DNA of 63,811 bases, filler included, from Pseudomonadota bacterium (GTDB lineage: Bacteria; Desulfobacterota; Desulfobacteria; Desulfobacterales; JBDRRP01), in NCBI GenBank assembly GCA_043825735.1. It is 7 parts of 7 records of this genome, joined end to end, with 100 filler letters (N's around TTAATTAATTAA, not from the genome) between each part and the next. Parts side by side here need not be neighbours in the genome. Positions count along the whole stretch, not along the records: positions 47,325 to 56,602 come from JBDRRP010000007.1; positions 56,703 to 60,980 come from JBDRRP010000008.1; positions 61,081 to 63,811 come from JBDRRP010000046.1; 4 more parts are not named here. One strand, given 5' to 3'. Under the pieces are notes generated by a model. The model ran no database searches. It saw nothing but the letters and a program-made list of their open reading frames with translations, and was not told the origin of the DNA. The position numbers and the translations under genes are program-made. Shown piece by piece: positions 51,579 to 61,671 of this stretch (positions are counted from its first letter, which is position 1; every line of letters starts with the position of its first letter).

Positions 51579-54500
51579 ATGACCTTCGCCCAACCCGGTC
51601 ACTACCCACTGAGAGATCTGCTCCGACACGCGCCGCTGGTGCTCTGGTGCATCGACCGGCACGGCGTCTTTACGGTATCCGAAGGCGGCGGGCTGGCCAC
51701 GCTGGGACTCTCGCCCGGAGAAGTGGTCGGGCGCAGCCTGTTTGACATCTATGCCGGCGATCCTGTTCTGATCGCTGCCGCGAAAAGGGCGCTGGCCGGT
51801 GAACGGTTTTCAGCCACCTCCACCGCTCAAAACAGGTCCTGGGAAACCCGCTACGCCCCCATGACCGACACTGCCGGCGCCATGACGGGCGCCATCGGGG
51901 TGGCCATCGACATCTCCGAGCAGGCCCTGGCCATTGAGGCCCTGAACACCTCCGAGGCACAATTCCGTCAATTGGTGGAAGCCCTGCCCGAGAGCATCAT
52001 CATTCACCAGGACGGCCGGATCGTCTACGCCAACCCTTGCGGTGCCGCCATGCTGGGTGCCGATGCCCCGGCCGCACTCACCGGTCGACCCATCGGCGAT
52101 TTCTTTCCACCGGAGACCCGCGCTCCGGCAGCCGGCCGGCCTGTCGCACTGGAAACGCCCGGCAAGGTGCTGCCCATCCAGGAGCAAAAGATCCGCCGCC
52201 AGGATGGCACGATCATCCCCATCGAGACGCGCGCCATTCCGTATGTTTACCTGGGGTATCCGGCAGTGCTCACCATGAGCCGCGACATCTCCGACCGCCG
52301 GCAGATCGAAATAGAACGCGATGCCAGCCGGGAACAGTTCCGTGGACTGTTCGATTCAATGACCCTGGGTGTGGTGTATCAGGACCCCGCGGGGCGCATA
52401 CTGGCCGCCAATCCGGCCGCGCGAAACATCCTCGGCGTCAGCCCGGCAGACCTGGCGGAACGCTCGGCCGCCGACGCGCGATGGCAAGGCGTGGCCGAAA
52501 ACGGTCAGCCCCTGTCGAAAAGCGACTACCCGTCCATGAGGGCTCTGGATACGGGTCAACCGGTCCGCAACGCCGTCATCGGCGTGAACTGCGCCGACAC
52601 CGGCCAGCGCCGCTGGCTGCTTGTTGACGCGGTTCCGGAATACCGGCTCGATGAACAGGCCCCATACAGGACCTTTACCACTTTCAGCGATATCACCGAT
52701 ATGAAGCGCATCGAGAAAGCGTTTCGCCAATCGGAGGAACGCTTCCGGCGCATCGTCGATAACTCACCCATGGGAATTCACACCTATCGCCTGGATGGCG
52801 CCGGCCGGCTCATCTTCACCGGGGCCAACCCTGCCGCCGACAGTATCCTCGGCGTCGATCACAACCAGTTCACCGGCAAAACCATCGAGACTGCATTTCC
52901 CAATCTGATTGAAACCGAAATCCCCCAACGCTACCGGGATGTAATTCGGAAAGGATCCCCCTGGAAAACCGAGCAGACCGACTACGCCGATCACCAGATT
53001 CAGGGCGCTTTCGTTATTTATGCATTCAAGACCGGCCCGGACGCCATGGCCGTCATGTTCAGGGACATCACCGGCCGCAAACAGACCGAGGCCGCACTGA
53101 AGGAAAGCGAATCCCGGTTCAAGGCACTGTTCGAATTCGCCCCGGACGCCTATTATCTCAGCAATCTGGAAGGGCGGTTCCTTGACGGAAATAAAGCCTC
53201 CGAACAACTGATCGGCTACAGCAAGGAGGAACTCATCGGCAGCAGCTTTCTTGAACTGTCGATTCTGCCCATGGAAGAGGTGCCGAAAGCCGCCGCCCTT
53301 CTGAAGAAAAATATCAATGGCGAGCCGGCAGGACCGGAAGAAATCAAATTGATCCGGAAAGACGGCACCCATGTCTTCGCAGAGATCATTTCACTTCCCA
53401 TCGACATCCATGGGGAAAAAACCATTCTCGGCATCGCCCGAAACATCTCAGATAGGAAACAGGCGGAACTGGAACAACTGCATTTCCAGACCCGTATGCA
53501 GCTCGTCCAGAAAATGGAGGCGCTGGGTTCACTGGCCGGTGGCATCGCCCATGATTTCAACAACATCCTGGCCGCCATCATGGGGTATTCGGAAATCGCC
53601 CTGGCCGATGCACCGGCTGGCTCGCCCATTCGGGCGAACATGGAAAAGGTCCTTCAGGCCGGAACGCGCGCATCCGATCTGGTCAAGCAGATTCTCGCCT
53701 TCAGCCGCCAGAGCGACATCGAACCACGGCCGGTGAAAGTGCGCCTCATCATCAAGGAGGTGCTCACGCTCCTGCGGCCCACCCTGCCGGCCACCATCGA
53801 GATCCGGCAGGATGCCACCACAGACGCCACGGTCATGGCCGACCCCACCCAGATCCATCAGGTGCTCATGAACCTGTGCGCCAACGCGGCCCACGCCATG
53901 GCCGAGGCCGGCGGAATGCTTGGGATCGCGCTGTCCGAGCGGCAAGTCGGTGCCGCCGATGTGGCGCACATCGCCGACCTCAAACCGGGACGCCACTTGT
54001 GCTTGAGCGTGTCGGATACCGGACACGGCATTGCACCCGAAGCCCTCGACCGGATTTTTGACCCGTTTTTCACGACCAAGAAAAAAGGGGAAGGCACTGG
54101 GATGGGCCTTTCAGTGGTGCACGGCATCGTCAAAAGCCACCACGGCGCCATCACCGTTCATAGCACCCCGGGCGTCGGCACCCGTTTCGACATTCTCCTG
54201 CCGATCATCGACAGCGGCGCACCGGATGCCGTCATAACACCGGCGCCGCTGCCGGGCGGGACCGAATCAATTCTCTTCGTAGATGACGAACCCTTTCAGG
54301 TAGACATCGGCGCCCAGATTCTCAGCCGCCTGGGCTACAGGGTCACCGCCCGCACCGATCCGCGCGAAGCGCTCACCGTTTTCCGCCACAACCCGGCGGC
54401 CATCGATCTGGTCATCAGCGATATGACCATGCCGGGGATGACCGGGGACGTCCTGGCCCGGGAGCTCATTGCCATCCGCCCGGACATTCCCATCATCATC

Positions 54501-54629
54501 TGCACCGGTTACAGCGAGCGCATCAGCGAAGAAACGGCAACGACCATGGGCATCCGCGGGTTTGCCATGAAACCCGTGGTGATGAAGAACGTCGCCGAAC
54601 TGGTGCGTAAAGTTTTGGATGAAAAATGA
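51579..54629 (+). CDS. Hybrid sensor histidine kinase (about 5 PAS domains, HisKA, HATPase, receiver)
   Basis: Repeated PAS/PAC motifs, AHDFNN, NLCANA, DTGHG, GTGMGL, VDDE..D..KP. Confidence 0.95.
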   Translation: MTFAQPGHYPLRDLLRHAPLVLWCIDRHGVFTVSEGGGLATLGLSPGEVVGRSLFDIYAGDPVLIAAAKRALAGERFSATSTAQNRSWETRYAPMTDTAGAMTGAIGVAIDISEQALAIEALNTSEAQFRQLVEALPESIIIHQDGRIVYANPCGAAMLGADAPAALTGRPIGDFFPPETRAPAAGRPVALETPGKVLPIQEQKIRRQDGTIIPIETRAIPYVYLGYPAVLTMSRDISDRRQIEIERDASREQFRGLFDSMTLGVVYQDPAGRILAANPAARNILGVSPADLAERSAADARWQGVAENGQPLSKSDYPSMRALDTGQPVRNAVIGVNCADTGQRRWLLVDAVPEYRLDEQAPYRTFTTFSDITDMKRIEKAFRQSEERFRRIVDNSPMGIHTYRLDGAGRLIFTGANPAADSILGVDHNQFTGKTIETAFPNLIETEIPQRYRDVIRKGSPWKTEQTDYADHQIQGAFVIYAFKTGPDAMAVMFRDITGRKQTEAALKESESRFKALFEFAPDAYYLSNLEGRFLDGNKASEQLIGYSKEELIGSSFLELSILPMEEVPKAAALLKKNINGEPAGPEEIKLIRKDGTHVFAEIISLPIDIHGEKTILGIARNISDRKQAELEQLHFQTRMQLVQKMEALGSLAGGIAHDFNNILAAIMGYSEIALADAPAGSPIRANMEKVLQAGTRASDLVKQILAFSRQSDIEPRPVKVRLIIKEVLTLLRPTLPATIEIRQDATTDATVMADPTQIHQVLMNLCANAAHAMAEAGGMLGIALSERQVGAADVAHIADLKPGRHLCLSVSDTGHGIAPEALDRIFDPFFTTKKKGEGTGMGLSVVHGIVKSHHGAITVHSTPGVGTRFDILLPIIDSGAPDAVITPAPLPGGTESILFVDDEPFQVDIGAQILSRLGYRVTARTDPREALTVFRHNPAAIDLVISDMTMPGMTGDVLARELIAIRPDIPIIICTGYSERISEETATTMGIRGFAMKPVVMKNVAELVRKVLDEK

Positions 54630-54777
54630 ATGGCGATTTGGCATTCAGAAAATTGTGCGATGTAATCAAACAACTTGAAAAAGACTTATCACGGCGGTAC
54701 GCCATCAATGAATTCAAGGCGATCTAACCATTATGCGGCGCTCATCGTCTTGACCGCACATCAGCCCGAGTGTCTTC

Positions 54778-55884
54778 ATGGGATTTAAGGCACTGTTCAA
54801 GCAGTATGAACCCCGAATCGCTGTCATCCGCCGTTTCCTGCCGGCCCTCGCGTTTTTTTGCGGTTTTGCCTGGGATTCGATCACCATGGGGCGGGTGGTC
54901 TCTTTTTACGACCTCCTGGTCCTCACCACCTATTATTTCGGAGCCGCCCTCGTCCTCATTCTTCTGGTTCGAGAGGTACAACCCCAGTGGCAGACCGGAT
55001 TCACTTTCTTTGTCCAGTTCTGCTTCGGCGGTCTGTTCAGTGCCCTGGTGGTTTTTTATTTCAAGAGCTCCGGCTCGTTTTACACATTTATCGTGGTGAT
55101 CGGTCTGGTGCTTCTTCTGGTGACCAATGAATTTCTATCAGAAAAATACCGGAGCCGCACCCTGAGCTGGACCATGTTTACCGTCTGCGGAACCATGTAT
55201 CTCAATTTTCTCATCCCTCATATTGCCCATTCCATCAGGGCCGTTTGGTTTTACCTGAGTTGCACGCTCAGTCTGTCCATCGTCTTCGCCATCCATGTTT
55301 TTGCCAATGCCAAACAACGGGAGTCCATGCCTATCGACAAAAGAAAAACACAGTATCTCATGGAGCTGCGGCAGATGGCGCCATCCCTGAGCGTGGTTAT
55401 CCTGCTGGTCGCCCTGTATCAGCTCCAGCTCATCCCGCCGGTGCCCCTGGTACTGAAGGATAGTTATGTCTGCAAGAACTTCAGCGACGAGAGCGGCGAA
55501 TATCAGTGCCAGGCTGAAAAACAACCCTTCTGGCGGGCCTTGGGCATTGGTGGAGATGTCATTCATTTTGAAAAGGGGGAAAAGATATATAACCTCAGTG
55601 CGGTCTTTGCCCCGACCAACATTGCCGTTGACCTGGAACAGCGCTGGTGGTTGCGGGACGAGAAACGCGGCGCTTGGCTGTCCCGGGGCGTCATTCCCTT
55701 ATCCATGGTGGGGGGCCGCAAGGAGGGCTGGCGTACCTACAGTTTCATCCACACGAGCGTCCAGGCTGGCAACTGGAAGGTCGAAACCGCCCTGAAGGGC
55801 GGTGCGGTGCTGGCCATTGATTATTTCACGGCCAAGGACCAGGTGACACCAGCGCCGCAAACCCATCCAGTGAAAGTAAATTAA
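54778..55884 (+). CDS. DUF2914-domain membrane protein
   Basis: GFAWDSITMGR, QFCFGGLFS, GGRKEGWRTYS, G.WKVE. Confidence 0.8.
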   Translation: MGFKALFKQYEPRIAVIRRFLPALAFFCGFAWDSITMGRVVSFYDLLVLTTYYFGAALVLILLVREVQPQWQTGFTFFVQFCFGGLFSALVVFYFKSSGSFYTFIVVIGLVLLLVTNEFLSEKYRSRTLSWTMFTVCGTMYLNFLIPHIAHSIRAVWFYLSCTLSLSIVFAIHVFANAKQRESMPIDKRKTQYLMELRQMAPSLSVVILLVALYQLQLIPPVPLVLKDSYVCKNFSDESGEYQCQAEKQPFWRALGIGGDVIHFEKGEKIYNLSAVFAPTNIAVDLEQRWWLRDEKRGAWLSRGVIPLSMVGGRKEGWRTYSFIHTSVQAGNWKVETALKGGAVLAIDYFTAKDQVTPAPQTHPVKVN

Positions 55885-55893
55885 TGGGAAACG

Positions 55894-55939
55894 CGTAAAA
55901 AGTCTGAAATCACCACAGAGTACGCAGAGAGCGCAGAGA
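55894..55939. repeat. Left half of a 9-mer repeat element
   Basis: CGTAAAAAGTCTGAAATCACCACAGAGTACGCAGAGAGCGCAGAG, near reverse complement of 34661-34704. Confidence 0.75.
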
Positions 55940-56238
55940 TAACGCATTGAGTCCATCGGAAGGCATCAGCCGCACGCCTGCCGCAGAGAAAAAGATTGTT
56001 ATTCATTTTTGTAGATGCTAATGGGGTCTAAGACTTTCCTCCCGAATATACTACCCTGGTTTAATATGGTTTTTTGGCCTGACGGGCATAGGTGTATTTT
56101 TACGCCCCCTTGTAAAATAAACGGGGCCTGGTCCTGATTGTCAACCGGCGAGTAATATCAGATTCATTCTGATTTTTTCAGATTTTGGCGGAATATTGGC
56201 AAACCGGCCTCATATATCCGGCCTCATATATATGGTCG

Positions 56239-56602
56239 TCAGAATTCGACAACGCCCCGGGCGCCGTAAGTCAATCCGGTGGTGTCGACGCCGGTGCCGG
56301 CGCCGGCATCGAATCGGTTGTCCTGGTATTGCACGTCCAGCGTCAACGCGAACAGCTCGCTCAGTGCAACGCGCACATAGGCCTCACCGACCTGCGCGTT
56401 CTTGATGCCTTTGTTGCCACCGTTCAGGTAGCCATAGCCAAGGCCGATGTTGTCCTGCGCACGGCCCCACAGTCCCCCCTTGATGTCGACGCCCCCGGTG
56501 TAGATGTCGGCATAATTCACGGCCGCATCGGTGGTCTGGGCGCCAAGCCGCATCCACACGCCCCACCCCTCGGCCACCTGCTGGTCGAAGGATAGAAACA
56601 GC
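56239..56602 (-). CDS. Carbohydrate porin (OprB-like), 3' end only
   Basis: Beta-strand pattern, GRAQDNIGLG, EAYVR, TLDVQY, C-terminal F. Confidence 0.75.
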
Positions 56603-56702
56603 NNNNNNNNNNNNNNNNNNNNNNNNNNNNNNNNNNNNNNNNNNNNTTAATTAATTAANNNNNNNNNNNNNNNNNNNNNNNNNNNNNNNNNNNNNNNNNN
56701 NN
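56603..56702. other. Artificial contig-joining spacer
   Basis: N-run + TTAATTAATTAA + N-run. Confidence 0.99.
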
Positions 56703-56791
56703 ATCTGCGCCCGGTGATCTGTCCGGTGGCCGCTGCATGGAGTCGGTCAATATCTGTGGTGATCACGGCTCCCCCCCATCCTGCGCCCCCC

Positions 56792-57298
56792 TCAAGATCT
56801 GGTATCGCTCAGCAGGGTGCCGTTTGGTGTTTGAATCATGCGCCCGACGATTCGGTACGTGGGCTTGCGCGTGTTGCCCATGACAAAAACGGCTATCTTG
56901 CCGGATTTAAGAAGCAGCGCATCGTCTGAAACGACCTCGATTGAATCGGGGCGGAAATTGAAATCCACATCCTGGCCGATGAAAAGCTCCGGGGCGCGGG
57001 CAAAGACCTTCGCCCTGAGCGCGCGGATATAGATTTCCGCAGATTTGGAGTACGCCCGGTAGCTCACGAAGGCGAACGGCTGCACCCAGCCGGCGCTGTA
57101 ATTCATGACCGTCATGGTGCCGTTGATGTTTTCCATAAAGACGCACGATTCGTGGACGATTTCCCAAGCCTCGGCGTCCTGCGCGGCCCAGGAACCGAAC
57201 ATTGCCGTTTGAAGTGATTCTTCCAGGATGAACAGGCTGAATGTGACCAGCCCGGCGACTGACAGATAGATACCAAGAGCTGTGAGGAACTTTTTCAT
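56792..57298 (-). CDS. Hypothetical membrane-anchored protein
   Basis: N-terminal hydrophobic helix; part of a tightly packed minus-strand run. Confidence 0.65.
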   Translation of the reverse strand: MKKFLTALGIYLSVAGLVTFSLFILEESLQTAMFGSWAAQDAEAWEIVHESCVFMENINGTMTVMNYSAGWVQPFAFVSYRAYSKSAEIYIRALRAKVFARAPELFIGQDVDFNFRPDSIEVVSDDALLLKSGKIAVFVMGNTRKPTYRIVGRMIQTPNGTLLSDTRS

Positions 57299-57305
57299 CT
57301 TGTCT

Positions 57306-57617
57306 TTACTTCTTCCTCCGGTTGCAGCGACGGCTTATTGCAGTGGCCTTTCGTTTCGGCTTTTTACCTGGCTGCGCTTTTTTGCGGAGGACGCAGGCTT
57401 TGCGAAAGGCCGTGCGGCGAGCTGGTGCACGCAGGATAGGCGGTGCAGGCCGCATATCATCGCAGATGAACGGCAGCACGGCGCCGATGCCCCTTCTGTT
57501 GATGAGGCCCTGCGCGGCTTCCATGAGCGCCAGCATTTTTCTGCCGTGGTGACGGTGGCCGCCGCCGACAATCAACACCCGGCGATCCTCGGCCCCGTAT
57601 CTTTCGTCAGTGCTCAT
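57306..57617 (-). CDS. Hypothetical protein with a basic C-terminus
   Basis: ATGA-coupled to the upstream ORF. Confidence 0.5.
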   Translation of the reverse strand: MSTDERYGAEDRRVLIVGGGHRHHGRKMLALMEAAQGLINRRGIGAVLPFICDDMRPAPPILRAPARRTAFRKACVLRKKAQPGKKPKRKATAISRRCNRRKK

Positions 57618-58312
57618 TTGGTTGCCCTTTCTCCCATCATGAACAGATACCAGCGATCCGCGCTCTCGATTGATTCGAACTGCGCATGAAGTTGCCCATC
57701 GACATTATAGGCCGCAGCGTATCCCTCGGTGACGGGCGCTACCCTCTCGATCTTGGGCTGGTAATACTTCGGATGCCGGTAGCGCTCCACGCCGTCGACC
57801 ATAAGCCTTACGATGCAGTGATCGAGGATGGCCCCGCCACCATCGGAGTGTCGCGTGTGAAGAAGCAGCGGCACCTTTACCGGCCCCATGCTTCGCCCGA
57901 TGAACCCGGTGACATCGTTTTCCTCCAGCCAGTCGCGGCCGGTTTCCGTGTCGCCAAGAAAAATCCTGACGCGCGGTTTTGGGCTGCGCTGCCGGGCGTC
58001 CTCCAGAGCGCGGACCACTTGCCGGGGCGTGTCGCGGTGGTAGGTGGTGCCATCAATCACCCAAAACTGACCCGATTTAGCTTGTGCGGTTTGCGCCTGC
58101 GCCGATTGTGACCTGTCGCACCGGCTTTCCCACTGAGAAAGCGGCGGGGCGTAGGCAATGCCTCGCCTTGCCAAAAACTCTTGGACGGCTTCCACAGCCG
58201 GCGCAGCGTCATCGGCCGCGGAAAGGGTAAGGCGCTCGTCGCGGGACGTAAGAAACCCTATGAAATCGTTTAGGGCGCCGGTGACGACATGGTTGAGTGA
58301 TTCCTGGCTCAT
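57614..58312 (-). CDS. Phage/ICE hypothetical protein
   Basis: GTTYH..TP..RVRIFLGD..TGRDWLEE.DV.G.IGRS.G..GGGAILDHCIV; GAGG SD. Confidence 0.75.
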   Translation of the reverse strand: MSQESLNHVVTGALNDFIGFLTSRDERLTLSAADDAAPAVEAVQEFLARRGIAYAPPLSQWESRCDRSQSAQAQTAQAKSGQFWVIDGTTYHRDTPRQVVRALEDARQRSPKPRVRIFLGDTETGRDWLEENDVTGFIGRSMGPVKVPLLLHTRHSDGGGAILDHCIVRLMVDGVERYRHPKYYQPKIERVAPVTEGYAAAYNVDGQLHAQFESIESADRWYLFMMGERATK

Positions 58313-58324
58313 GGGACAGTCCTC

Positions 58325-58774
58325 TCAGTTCAAGGTCGGCTGGCCGCAGCAGGCGCATTCGAACTCGCGGATCGGGATCCTTGGCACCTGAAAATACGGC
58401 TCATTGAGAACAAAATCCTCGCCCTCGACATAGAGCTGCAGAACTCTTGACGGCTTGATTTCCACATTGCCGTAGGCGGATTGAACACCGGTGAATGCGC
58501 CCGAGACATGCCGCGAATAAAGGCGCTTTGGCCGGCCATCGATTCCGACAACGACACCGTCGAAAACTACGTCCTGGCCGTCGATAATCATATGGCCAAG
58601 CTCCTTGTTCGCTATGGCCATGTCGATGACTTTTGCCATGATGAGTCCGCCCTGTTCCGGCACAACGGCTGGCGATTCAAAAATGAATTCGGGCAGGCCG
58701 GCAATCCCGAGGCCATGGGTGTGCACCGGAAACCGGGCGCTGGAGTCACTGTGGATACATACGCTTCTGCTCAT
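58325..58774 (-). CDS. Hypothetical protein, DUF4262-like
   Basis: HTHGLG..LPEFI motif; C-terminal CACC. Confidence 0.55.
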   Translation of the reverse strand: MSRSVCIHSDSSARFPVHTHGLGIAGLPEFIFESPAVVPEQGGLIMAKVIDMAIANKELGHMIIDGQDVVFDGVVVGIDGRPKRLYSRHVSGAFTGVQSAYGNVEIKPSRVLQLYVEGEDFVLNEPYFQVPRIPIREFECACCGQPTLN

Positions 58775-58805
58775 GATCTTTGTTCTCCGTTCGGCGATCC
58801 TTGTT

Positions 58806-59063
58806 TTATGCTGCTTTTTGCCCCATTTCGATGTCTTCAATGGCGCGGGCATCTATCAATTCCTGGCGCTTAATCCGTTCATTTTCCTCACACGCCTTAT
58901 CGATGGCGTGGCCGTGCCAAATCCTGATGGCGCATGCTAAAAACGGCGGTAGAAGTTGCCCACGGAAAGAAAGCGAAGTCACTTCGATTTCGTCACCGTC
59001 GCACTCATAGTGGACGTCGAAATCAATTAAGATTTGGGCTTTTGTTGTACAAAAGGCCATCAC
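58806..59063 (-). CDS. Phage hypothetical protein
   Basis: ORF track with an AAGG SD. Confidence 0.55.
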   Translation of the reverse strand: MMAFCTTKAQILIDFDVHYECDGDEIEVTSLSFRGQLLPPFLACAIRIWHGHAIDKACEENERIKRQELIDARAIEDIEMGQKAA

Positions 59064-59127
59064 ATGTCGCCTTTCTGTTTGGAAGTTGAGATTTCCAAAA
59101 GAACAACAAAGACAAATCTAATTGTTC

Positions 59128-60870
59128 CTACGCCGCGCTGCATTCGGGCGCAGCCGTGTCATCTTCCACCTCGTTATCAAATCCGCTATATCTTGGCCCC
59201 ACAAACATCGACGCCGGCACTTTCAGGGGGCGGCGGGTATGGTATCTCCCGTCAATTCTAATGTTGAATCTTTTGGCTTCACGGACGCCGATTTCATGCA
59301 AAACCCGGCGCAGTTTGACGATGGTAAAATTGCTGTATTTGATGTCAACGCACCACGATTGGAACTTATCCGCAAAGATGTGCCAGCAGCCATCGATGTG
59401 CAGATACGGCTCAAGATTGGGGGCGGCATCTTCCCTCGGAAGCGCCGGTTTTTGTTCGATGTAGGCAGTAAGCCAAGAGCGCACCTGGCCGGCGGCCGTT
59501 GATTCATCTGACACCATTTCCCGCTCGGCAAGCAGCAAAAGCGCTCTACCGTATTTGGGCCAATCCTCTCTTTTAATATGCGGCATGTATTGAAGGGATA
59601 GGTTCGCTATGTGCGCGCGAAGGCGTGATTGGGTTAAAAGGTCGGTCACCGTCGGAAGGTGAATATTGCCCTTGTCTGTTTCGATAAGATACGTCGGATC
59701 ATCTTGCATGTACTGGACAATGCGGATGATATTGATGCCCAGCTTTTGACTGATCGCCGATTTTGCCCTGGCCTTGTCTTCGGGCGTGTAGGCCGCTGTC
59801 CCGCACACTGCATCGTGCTCGTCCAGGATCTGGGCTGAAAAATCGTCTTTGAGTTTTTTTTTAACGGATAAAAGAGTGCGATTGATGTAATCGGGGCGGT
59901 GAACTTTATCGAGCTTATCTGCCGGGATATTGGCGGCATGGCGCCGGTTCCAATAGACCAAAAGATTGGCAACCTCCTGGTCGCTCCAGCCGGCCCTTAA
60001 AGCAAAGAACGTGAGCGCAAAGTGATAGCTTGACGTTGAACTATCGCCGGACGGAAACGTGCGTTTGCGCTGAACCGTGGCTTTAAATTTCTCGTCAATC
60101 TCCATCAGCATGTCGAGCTTTTCGTGGGGCGGTTCGGCAGTGGCGTTCACTGCAAATTCCACCGCCGGGGCCCCTGCTTCCGGTACCGGTTCTTCAACGA
60201 TCAGTTCTATTCCGTCGAAATATTCGGAAAAATCTTCTGGATTATATCTGGTGCCGCCACGCTCAAGTATCCGGACAATCTTATGATTGTCAGGGTCTTT
60301 TACGTTTTTGGTTCCAGGGATTCTAAGCACCCGGGAAAGGTCCTGCGTTCCATCGATTCCCCAGCCGTTTACCTTCCCCTTCCGGCGCATATATTCAACG
60401 AGTTGCTGGGAGAGAAAACGCGCCTTGTTTCTCTCTGCGGCGTCAGCAAATGCCCACGATTCTTTAAAAAGCCACCAGCAGTGAATGCCGTTTCCGGAAT
60501 GCACAATCATGGTGGGGTCAAAGCCGTTTCCTTTTACGATACTGAGTGCCTCGTCCAGGGTTGCCGGGAGCTTTTTTGATTTGTGCGCATCGGCCATGAT
60601 GTCAACGTCAAGCCACAGCCCGCCGATCCCCGCGATGTTCTCCTGGGCGCAGCGGGCCGTTGCGGCAACCGGGGCCTCGGCAAGGCCAACACCCATGTAG
60701 ACGTCTTTTCCGATTTTTTCGGCGTGTTCTGCGGCCTCTCGGACGCTTTGAGTGCAAAATGTCAGCCCGCCCTTCCCTTTAAGGTTTTTGCGCCAGAGCT
60801 GGATAAAAAGCTCATCTGGCTTATCGCCGAAAACATCCGAAATGAACTGTAACGATGGGGACAATGCCAT
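59128..60870 (-). CDS. RepB-type archaeo-eukaryotic primase-domain replication protein
   Basis: LWLDVD, PTMIVHSGNGIHCWW, DLSRVLRIPGTKN. Confidence 0.85.
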   Translation of the reverse strand: MALSPSLQFISDVFGDKPDELFIQLWRKNLKGKGGLTFCTQSVREAAEHAEKIGKDVYMGVGLAEAPVAATARCAQENIAGIGGLWLDVDIMADAHKSKKLPATLDEALSIVKGNGFDPTMIVHSGNGIHCWWLFKESWAFADAAERNKARFLSQQLVEYMRRKGKVNGWGIDGTQDLSRVLRIPGTKNVKDPDNHKIVRILERGGTRYNPEDFSEYFDGIELIVEEPVPEAGAPAVEFAVNATAEPPHEKLDMLMEIDEKFKATVQRKRTFPSGDSSTSSYHFALTFFALRAGWSDQEVANLLVYWNRRHAANIPADKLDKVHRPDYINRTLLSVKKKLKDDFSAQILDEHDAVCGTAAYTPEDKARAKSAISQKLGINIIRIVQYMQDDPTYLIETDKGNIHLPTVTDLLTQSRLRAHIANLSLQYMPHIKREDWPKYGRALLLLAEREMVSDESTAAGQVRSWLTAYIEQKPALPREDAAPNLEPYLHIDGCWHIFADKFQSWCVDIKYSNFTIVKLRRVLHEIGVREAKRFNIRIDGRYHTRRPLKVPASMFVGPRYSGFDNEVEDDTAAPECSAA

Positions 60871-60980
60871 GAAAAACCTCTATGCCGCGTTCAGTTGCAG
60901 TTCGTCCGGATCGATACGTTTTCCGGTGATAAAAGCCCATGTCTGGACGGCGGTGGAAAAGGCGATGGAGTGCTGGAGCC

Positions 60981-61080
60981 NNNNNNNNNNNNNNNNNNNN
61001 NNNNNNNNNNNNNNNNNNNNNNNNTTAATTAATTAANNNNNNNNNNNNNNNNNNNNNNNNNNNNNNNNNNNNNNNNNNNN
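60981..61080. other. Artificial contig-joining spacer
   Basis: N-run + TTAATTAATTAA + N-run. Confidence 0.99.
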
Positions 61081-61671
61081 TTCACAATTCAAGATGTGAC
61101 ACCATTCACACCACAAAAGCAGGCGATTAAGCACCTCTGATACTTCACGCTCATTCGGATCACGTCCTAAACGTTCTTTTAAAATCTCGGGAACAAGTCT
61201 ATGTAACGCGTCATCTCTAAACGAACCTATCTCGGTTGCATTCTGCACTACATCGATAAAGACTTTTATTCCTAATGCCAATGGCTGTGTTCGGCCATAA
61301 TCAAAGTCCGGATGCCAGTCTGGTCCATCGGCATTTTCAACAGCAATATGTTTGATAATTTGGGTGGAAATTTGGAGTGCAGCATCAATTAGAGAACGTC
61401 CTGCCTCTATAGCGGTCAACCTATCTGCCTCAGCAAGAATCCATATTTCATCACCAATTCCTTTTACAGAAAAAAACAACCGCGGTTCCAAACCGCCACC
61501 TTCGGTATACCGAGAGCACGCTCGTCGGTAAAACTCCTGTTCAGTTCTTTGGAAGTGACGCATTATTTCTATATTGATTTCATCTATTCGCTGCTGATTG
61601 TTTGGTGAAACCGCCATTGCCTCGGTTTTTGCCTGTGTCGATCCTGCCAAGTCAATCGAAATTGAAAATAG
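61081..61671 (-). pseudogene. Class III nucleotidyl-cyclase-like gene, 5' end removed by IS66; 3'-partial
   Basis: Frame open up to the IS end: LFSISIDLAGSTQAK ... VKGIGDEIWI ... LGIKVFID. Confidence 0.6.
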
